Source of the DNA: Candidatus Micrarchaeia archaeon
Lineage (GTDB): Archaea > Micrarchaeota > Micrarchaeia > CAILAH01
NCBI GenBank assembly: GCA_038874595.1
Contig: JAVZCB010000003.1
Location: 123,342 to 154,525 of the forward strand
Direction of reading: 5' to 3'
DNA length: 31,184 nt
Positions 26,050 to 31,184 of this stretch are shown here, piece by piece; the stretch's first letter is position 1; each line of letters opens with the position of its first letter. The translations under genes and the position numbers were made by a program. The notes below the pieces were generated by a model, which worked only from the letters and a program-made list of their open reading frames with translations, was not told the origin of the DNA and ran no database searches.

Positions 26050-26409
26050 ATGGATAGAACTTTATATATTCTGCTTCTGGTCTTGCCAGTTGTTTTTCTT
26101 TCGGGCTGCTGCGGGCCCGCCACGTCCTACTCATCCTCCTGCCCCTATGGTACTTATGGTGAAACGTGCACAAAAGTCTGTAAATCAGTAGGTGGAAAAA
26201 ACTGCTTCTCACAATGCATCGATAATGTCCGTGCCGAGGGGCTTGGTGATGCAACAACGTGCTGTAAGGAAACTTTCCTGCAAAACTGCAGGAGTAAGTG
26301 CAAAGGAGTGGCATATGGTGAGGATTTGCAGGACTGCTATGCTGAATGCGACATGATATTGGAATCCACCGGGCTAGATAAAGATATCTGCTACCTGCCG
26401 TTCCTTTGA
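26050..26409 (+). CDS. Small Cys-rich putative lipoprotein (four CxxxC motifs)
   Basis: Hydrophobic signal plus lipobox LSG|C; 14 Cys in 119 aa. Confidence 0.75.
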   Translation: MDRTLYILLLVLPVVFLSGCCGPATSYSSSCPYGTYGETCTKVCKSVGGKNCFSQCIDNVRAEGLGDATTCCKETFLQNCRSKCKGVAYGEDLQDCYAECDMILESTGLDKDICYLPFL

Positions 26410-26471
26410 GGCTTTGCAGCTTTCCAGCAAAGGGTATACCGTAACGCTTGTGCACTGCGGTGTTTTGCATG

Positions 26472-27428
26472 TTATCTAGTTGTTATAATAAGCGATATTG
26501 TAACAAGTATAAACAGGATATAAATTAGCATAAAGAGTATCCCGTTTTTCTGGGTTATACCCCTTTTCACCGAAGCTGCATACAATAGTAGGATGTTTGC
26601 AATTATTGCAAACAGCAGTGCTGCTATGAACACTGGCAGGATGACAGAGATAGGATTAATCACGGAAGCCACACCAAGCACGAGCGTTAGGTTTGTCATA
26701 TTTGCGCCAAGCGCATCGCCAAGTGCAATCCCGTAATGTTTCTTTCTTATTGCCTGTAATGCTATTGACATCTCAGGCAGTGATGTGCCCAACGCGATAA
26801 CGGTCGCACCGATTATGCTCTCTGCGATGTTAAGCTCCCTTGATATCTTCACTGCGGAATCAACCACAAAGCCTGAGCTTACAAGGACAAGAATAACACC
26901 AGTTGAGAAATACAAGAATGCGTAAAGCGCTTCGTGTTTTGTTATTTCCTTTCCATTCGTATCAATTTTCCGTTTGCTCAGCATATATACGGCATACCCT
27001 CCAAATAGCAGTATAAGTATAATCCCTTCGAGAAGACCAAGCGCCTGCCCTGCAACCGTGCTGTTAAATATAATGTATGCAGATATTACAGTTGTAAGCA
27101 CAAGTATTATCCCAATATCCTGCACTTCCTCCCTTTTAATTTTCAGGCCGTAGAGTGCAGAGCCTACTCCCAATATTAAGAGGATATTAACTATGTTCGA
27201 ACCGAACACGTTGCCTGCGGCGATTGCACCTTCTTCAAGCGTTGATGATATGACTGATACTGAAAGCTCAGGCAGAGTGGTACATACTGAAATGAAGAGG
27301 AACCCAATCGCAAGCTGGCTTATCCCAAAGAATTTCGACAGCTTGGATGCATTCTCAACAACCACGCTAGCCGCTTTTGCCAAAATGATAATGAAAACAA
27401 AGAGCGTGAACATCTCAGTATATACCAT
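26472..27428 (-). CDS. Na+/Ca2+ exchanger family (CaCA, YrbG-like) antiporter
   Basis: Alpha repeats CTTLPEL...GNVFGSNIVN and GTSLPEM...GDALGANMTN; ~10 TM segments. Confidence 0.94.
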   Translation of the reverse strand: MVYTEMFTLFVFIIILAKAASVVVENASKLSKFFGISQLAIGFLFISVCTTLPELSVSVISSTLEEGAIAAGNVFGSNIVNILLILGVGSALYGLKIKREEVQDIGIILVLTTVISAYIIFNSTVAGQALGLLEGIILILLFGGYAVYMLSKRKIDTNGKEITKHEALYAFLYFSTGVILVLVSSGFVVDSAVKISRELNIAESIIGATVIALGTSLPEMSIALQAIRKKHYGIALGDALGANMTNLTLVLGVASVINPISVILPVFIAALLFAIIANILLLYAASVKRGITQKNGILFMLIYILFILVTISLIITTR

Positions 27429-27522
27429 ATAACCACAACATATCCAAGTATCCTAAACAGGTTTATTTACCGGTAACTATTAAAACTATATTTGTGCTGC
27501 CGTAATCCTTTTTCAATTATTG

Positions 27523-30174
27523 TTAAGCATACTCACCCTCCTGCAATACCTGCGTGGGCTCACCGGCCTCCTTTTTCCTGCTGAATACGTATAACCGCCC
27601 GCTTGCACCCTCTTTTAAGTTTTCATCGTGCGTAATTACAAATGATTGCTCTATTATGTTCGGCAACCTCTCCCTTAATATTTCACCCAGCGCCTTTACA
27701 CCATTTTCATCAAGGTTATGTGTGGGCTCATCAAGCACAAGCATGCTCAGGTTAGGTGCAAGGACTATCGATAACGCAATACGAAGTGCAAGCGCAGCGG
27801 ATGCGCGCTCACCACCGCTTACATTCCCTTCTATAACAATCCATTCGCTATTCCTTTTTGCTTTCAGCACGTAATCAGATTCCGTCGCCTCAATCATTAC
27901 CTCTTTCAAATCCCCGTATGGGTATATCACCCCCCATACCTTTTCTAGCACGGAATTGATAGAGTTCACAAGCTCGCTCCTGAGCAAAACCTGCGTCTCA
28001 ATAATAGACTGCTGGAACTCTCTCGCCTGCACAACCGCATTGCTCATTCTTGCAAGCTCATTCTCCTTGCCTTCAATCTCTGCAAGCTGTTTCGAGGCAA
28101 GCTCAACTCTTTTTTTTGCAATCTCTGCAGCATTTGATACATTGTCAAGGTTTACTTCAATCTCCCTCTTCTTAACAAGCACTTCATTATACGCACTGCT
28201 TATACCCACAAGCTCATTCTCATCATAACCCAAATTCTTAATGCTTTCTTTTATTGCTTCGAGCTGTGCACGCCTCCGCATTACGGCCTCCTGCAATTCC
28301 AAATCCTCACGTATCTCATTTGCCAAGTTCCTGCTCTTAATCAGCGATTTCTCAACATCGCTCAGCCTGTTGCGTATCATCGAAAGCTCGCCAATCTCCT
28401 TTTCATATTCAGTCTTTAGGCTTTCAAGCGCTTTATCATCATCCATATGCTGTGACAGGAATGACTCTGTTTCAGTAATCTTCTGCCTGAGCACCTCTGC
28501 ATCCTCAGCCTTACGTACCAATTCAAGCGCTGCCGTAAGCTCTTCGTTGAGCGTTTTTACTTTTTGTCCACTGCCGGCAACCTGCATATCAAGCGATTTT
28601 GATTTCTCAAGCTTTTCACGCAGCTCCTTCTCCTTCTGCTCCAACCCCTGCAACAGCATCGTTACCTCAGCCTTGCGTTTCAGGCCAGCATCCGCCTCCT
28701 GTATCTCCTTTCTCAATCTGCCAAGCCGCTCCTCATTCTCAGCAAGCTCCTTTTGTGAATTCTCGATTATCTCGCGCTTTTTAGCGATGAGCATCTCACG
28801 TTTCTTCTTATCCAGCGGGCTATCACACAGCGGGCATACCCCGCCCTCCTCTTTTTCAAGCGCTGCTATAGATTCGGTGGCGGTCTTTATCATCTCTTTT
28901 AATGAGGCAATCCACTCAATCGTGCTCGCCTCCGTATGCCTCAAATCATCAAGCGTGCGCTGATGGAAGCCGCCCAACAGCTCGGCCTCCCTCCTTAGCT
29001 GCGCCGAAGCACTAATCTCCCCCTCAAGATTGGCGATATCCCTCCTCAGTAACGTTAGCTCGGTGGTAAATGCACCGTGCTCTTTCTCAGCCGCTAGCAG
29101 TTTTGACCTGAGCAGCTCGGCCTCTTCGCGCGTTTCCTTAACATTTCCTATATCCCCAAACTGCGCAAGCCGCCTCCTGAATTCCTCATATTCTTTCTTC
29201 TTTAGCTCAGCCAGCTTAATGTTAGCTTCAAGCTCTCCTATTTTCCGGCCTATCCTGTTAACCATCTCCTCCTTCGTAGCCAGGCTTTTGCGTAGGGCGG
29301 CCTCCTCATTCTCAAGCGCTGCGATTTCCTTATCCACACGCATCGCATCCGCATGTGTATGCTTCCTTATCCTGCTTTCAACACTTCCAATGAACGCGGT
29401 GCACTCAACCTCCTGACGTACCAGTGTTTCGTACTGCCTCCGTTTCTGCTCAGCGTTCTCCTTTTTCTTCCTAATCTCATCCTCCTTTGATATGAGTGAT
29501 TTGAGCTCTTCTGAAAGCAATCTTTGCTTTTCAGCAATGCTATTAACCTCTTTTTCCGCATCTTCCCTTTCCTTTATGATTGAGGCTTTGTCATATGTAC
29601 CGATTTTCTTGTGGAGCTCTTCAATCTCATCGTTCAAGCGGTTGATTAGCTTTGTTGAGTTTGCACGTGCAAGCTCAAACCTGTCAATCCCTATCAGGTT
29701 ATCAAGCTGCTTTTTCCTGTCACCGGGATTCAATGATAAGAAGTAATCAAGAGCATTCTGCTCTGAATAAATTGCTTTTGTAAACATGTCATAATCAACA
29801 CCCAGGATATGCTCAACCATTCTCGTGACCGCTTCGCTTTTGGCCTCAATCATTCTTTTTCCTTCGCGAAGCTCAGCATCACTCTTACCATCGCTGATCA
29901 TCCTCTTAACAAAATACTCCTTGCCATCCTTCTCAAATACAACCTCTACACTGCATTCGCGAGTACCAGTATTCTCATTAATGATTTGTGCAAGCTTTAC
30001 CCTCTTTCTAGCCAGTGCAGGAAACGTACCGTACAATGCAAAACATATTGCTTCAAGCACTGAGCTTTTCCCAGAACCCATTATACCAACAAGCATATTT
30101 GTGCCTTTTGAGAATTCAAGCTGCGTTTCCTTGTGCGATCTCCAGTTCTTTAGCACAACTCTTTTGATTAGCAT
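27523..30174 (-). CDS. rad50: DNA double-strand break repair ATPase Rad50
   Basis: Walker A GIMGSGKSS, Q-loop YSEQ, central CPLC zinc hook, VSGGE signature, LDEPT, ITHD. Confidence 0.95.
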   Translation of the reverse strand: MLIKRVVLKNWRSHKETQLEFSKGTNMLVGIMGSGKSSVLEAICFALYGTFPALARKRVKLAQIINENTGTRECSVEVVFEKDGKEYFVKRMISDGKSDAELREGKRMIEAKSEAVTRMVEHILGVDYDMFTKAIYSEQNALDYFLSLNPGDRKKQLDNLIGIDRFELARANSTKLINRLNDEIEELHKKIGTYDKASIIKEREDAEKEVNSIAEKQRLLSEELKSLISKEDEIRKKKENAEQKRRQYETLVRQEVECTAFIGSVESRIRKHTHADAMRVDKEIAALENEEAALRKSLATKEEMVNRIGRKIGELEANIKLAELKKKEYEEFRRRLAQFGDIGNVKETREEAELLRSKLLAAEKEHGAFTTELTLLRRDIANLEGEISASAQLRREAELLGGFHQRTLDDLRHTEASTIEWIASLKEMIKTATESIAALEKEEGGVCPLCDSPLDKKKREMLIAKKREIIENSQKELAENEERLGRLRKEIQEADAGLKRKAEVTMLLQGLEQKEKELREKLEKSKSLDMQVAGSGQKVKTLNEELTAALELVRKAEDAEVLRQKITETESFLSQHMDDDKALESLKTEYEKEIGELSMIRNRLSDVEKSLIKSRNLANEIREDLELQEAVMRRRAQLEAIKESIKNLGYDENELVGISSAYNEVLVKKREIEVNLDNVSNAAEIAKKRVELASKQLAEIEGKENELARMSNAVVQAREFQQSIIETQVLLRSELVNSINSVLEKVWGVIYPYGDLKEVMIEATESDYVLKAKRNSEWIVIEGNVSGGERASAALALRIALSIVLAPNLSMLVLDEPTHNLDENGVKALGEILRERLPNIIEQSFVITHDENLKEGASGRLYVFSRKKEAGEPTQVLQEGEYA

Positions 30175-30305
30175 CAGTTAAGATTAGCCAAATGCATTTT
30201 TTATTTGTAATCTTTGGGCTTTTACGTTATACAGTAATTGTACTTAAGATAGCAAAGTATAAATACCTTCACTTCTATTCATATATTGAGTTAAGAGGTG
30301 TTCAT

Positions 30306-31184
30306 ATGAGTAGAAAAATGAAAGATAAGATTATGAGTAGATCTAAAACCAAAGAAGTAAGAGTAAAGAAAAAGAAAGAATTTCAGTCTTTTAAAAAATC
30401 AGAGACTGAAATGCTATCAGGAGAAGAGAAAAAACAATTGAATTATAGGCTAATTGAAGCTGCTAATACTGAGGATGTCGACCTTGTAAAAAGATTAATA
30501 GAGCGAGGTGCAGATGTAAACGCTAAAGATGAGGATGGCTGGACTGCACTGATGTCTGCTGTCTCAGAAGGCCACCCAGAAATTGCAAAACTCCTTATAA
30601 AAGCAAGAGCAGATATAAACGCTAAAAATAAGGATGGCTGGACTGCACTGATGCTTGCTGCCTGGAGAGGTCATACAGAAATTGCAGAACTTCTTATAGG
30701 AGCAGGAGCAGATATAAACGCTAAAGATAAGGATGGCGATACGGTACTGATGCTTGCTGCCTGGAGAGGTCATACAGAAATTGCAGAACTTCTTATAGAC
30801 GCAAGAGCAGATATAAACGCTAAAAATAAGGATGGCTGGACTGCACTGATGTCTGCTGCCTCAGAAGGTCATACAGAAACTGCAAAACTCCTTATAGATG
30901 CAGGAGCAGATGTAAATGCTAAAGAGAAAAAATATGGCAGTACGGTACTGATGCTTGCTGTCGAATATGGTCGTACAGAAACTGCAAAACTTCTTATAGA
31001 CTCAGGAGCAGATGTAAACGTTGAAACTGTCTGGGGGAATACGGCACTGATGTCTGCTGCCTCAGAAGGTCATACAGAAACTGCAAAACTCCTTATAGAC
31101 GCAGGAGCAGATGTAAATGCTAAAGATAATCATGGCAAGACTGCACTGATGTACACTCTCGAAAATGGTTATCCAGAAACTGCA
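30306..31184 (+). CDS. Ankyrin repeat protein (3' truncated by window edge; absent from ORF track)
   Basis: ATG 30306 after a GAGGTG SD. The frame stays open to the window end with ~7 repeats like GADVNAKDEDGWTALMSAVSEGHPEIAKLLI. Confidence 0.93.
   Translation, partial: MSRKMKDKIMSRSKTKEVRVKKKKEFQSFKKSETEMLSGEEKKQLNYRLIEAANTEDVDLVKRLIERGADVNAKDEDGWTALMSAVSEGHPEIAKLLIKARADINAKNKDGWTALMLAAWRGHTEIAELLIGAGADINAKDKDGDTVLMLAAWRGHTEIAELLIDARADINAKNKDGWTALMSAASEGHTETAKLLIDAGADVNAKEKKYGSTVLMLAVEYGRTETAKLLIDSGADVNVETVWGNTALMSAASEGHTETAKLLIDAGADVNAKDNHGKTALMYTLENGYPETA
30510..31184 (+). repeat. ~99-bp near-identical nucleotide units encoding the ankyrin repeats
   Basis: Recurring GCAGATRTAAAYGCTAAA...ACTGCACTGATG...GGTCATACAGAAA...CTTATA blocks. 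Confidence 0.9.

Noticed and set aside
102-30181. Numerous other overlapping ORFs in the six-frame track
   Set aside because: They are antisense or alternate-frame shadows of well-supported genes.
30564-30773. 69-aa minus-strand repetitive ORF
   Set aside because: It is the antisense shadow of the plus-strand ankyrin gene.

Overview
Archaeal chromosomal window, probably from a DPANN/Micrarchaeota-like organism (inferred from gene content and style; not verified). It is mostly housekeeping genes: rpl1-rpl10-rpl12, archease, proS, tsaC, thrC, pgi/pmi, thpR, pdaD, fen, aMBF1, a site-2 protease, an orphan amino-methyltransferase, scpB, rpl7ae-rps28e-rpl24e-ndk, dephospho-CoA kinase, a CBS protein, RPA, scpA, head-to-head asnS/aspS, PAC2, a Na/Ca exchanger and rad50. 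AT-rich accessory genes encode two coiled-coil proteins, two ankyrin proteins and a Cys-rich lipoprotein. Two tRNA genes (Arg-GCG, Leu-TAG) carry very long introns inflated by internal repeats. The most unusual signal is that the stop-codon regions of several unrelated genes are locally duplicated. At proS and thrC this gives CRISPR-like mini-arrays (28-30 bp repeat copied from the gene end, unique 35-38 bp spacers that are often hairpins, period 64-70 bp), with no cas gene in the window. PAC2 and thpR ends, both tRNA introns and two ORFs show related duplications of 63-76 bp or 125 bp. A switch-like K-turn covers the Shine-Dalgarno sequence of rpl7ae.
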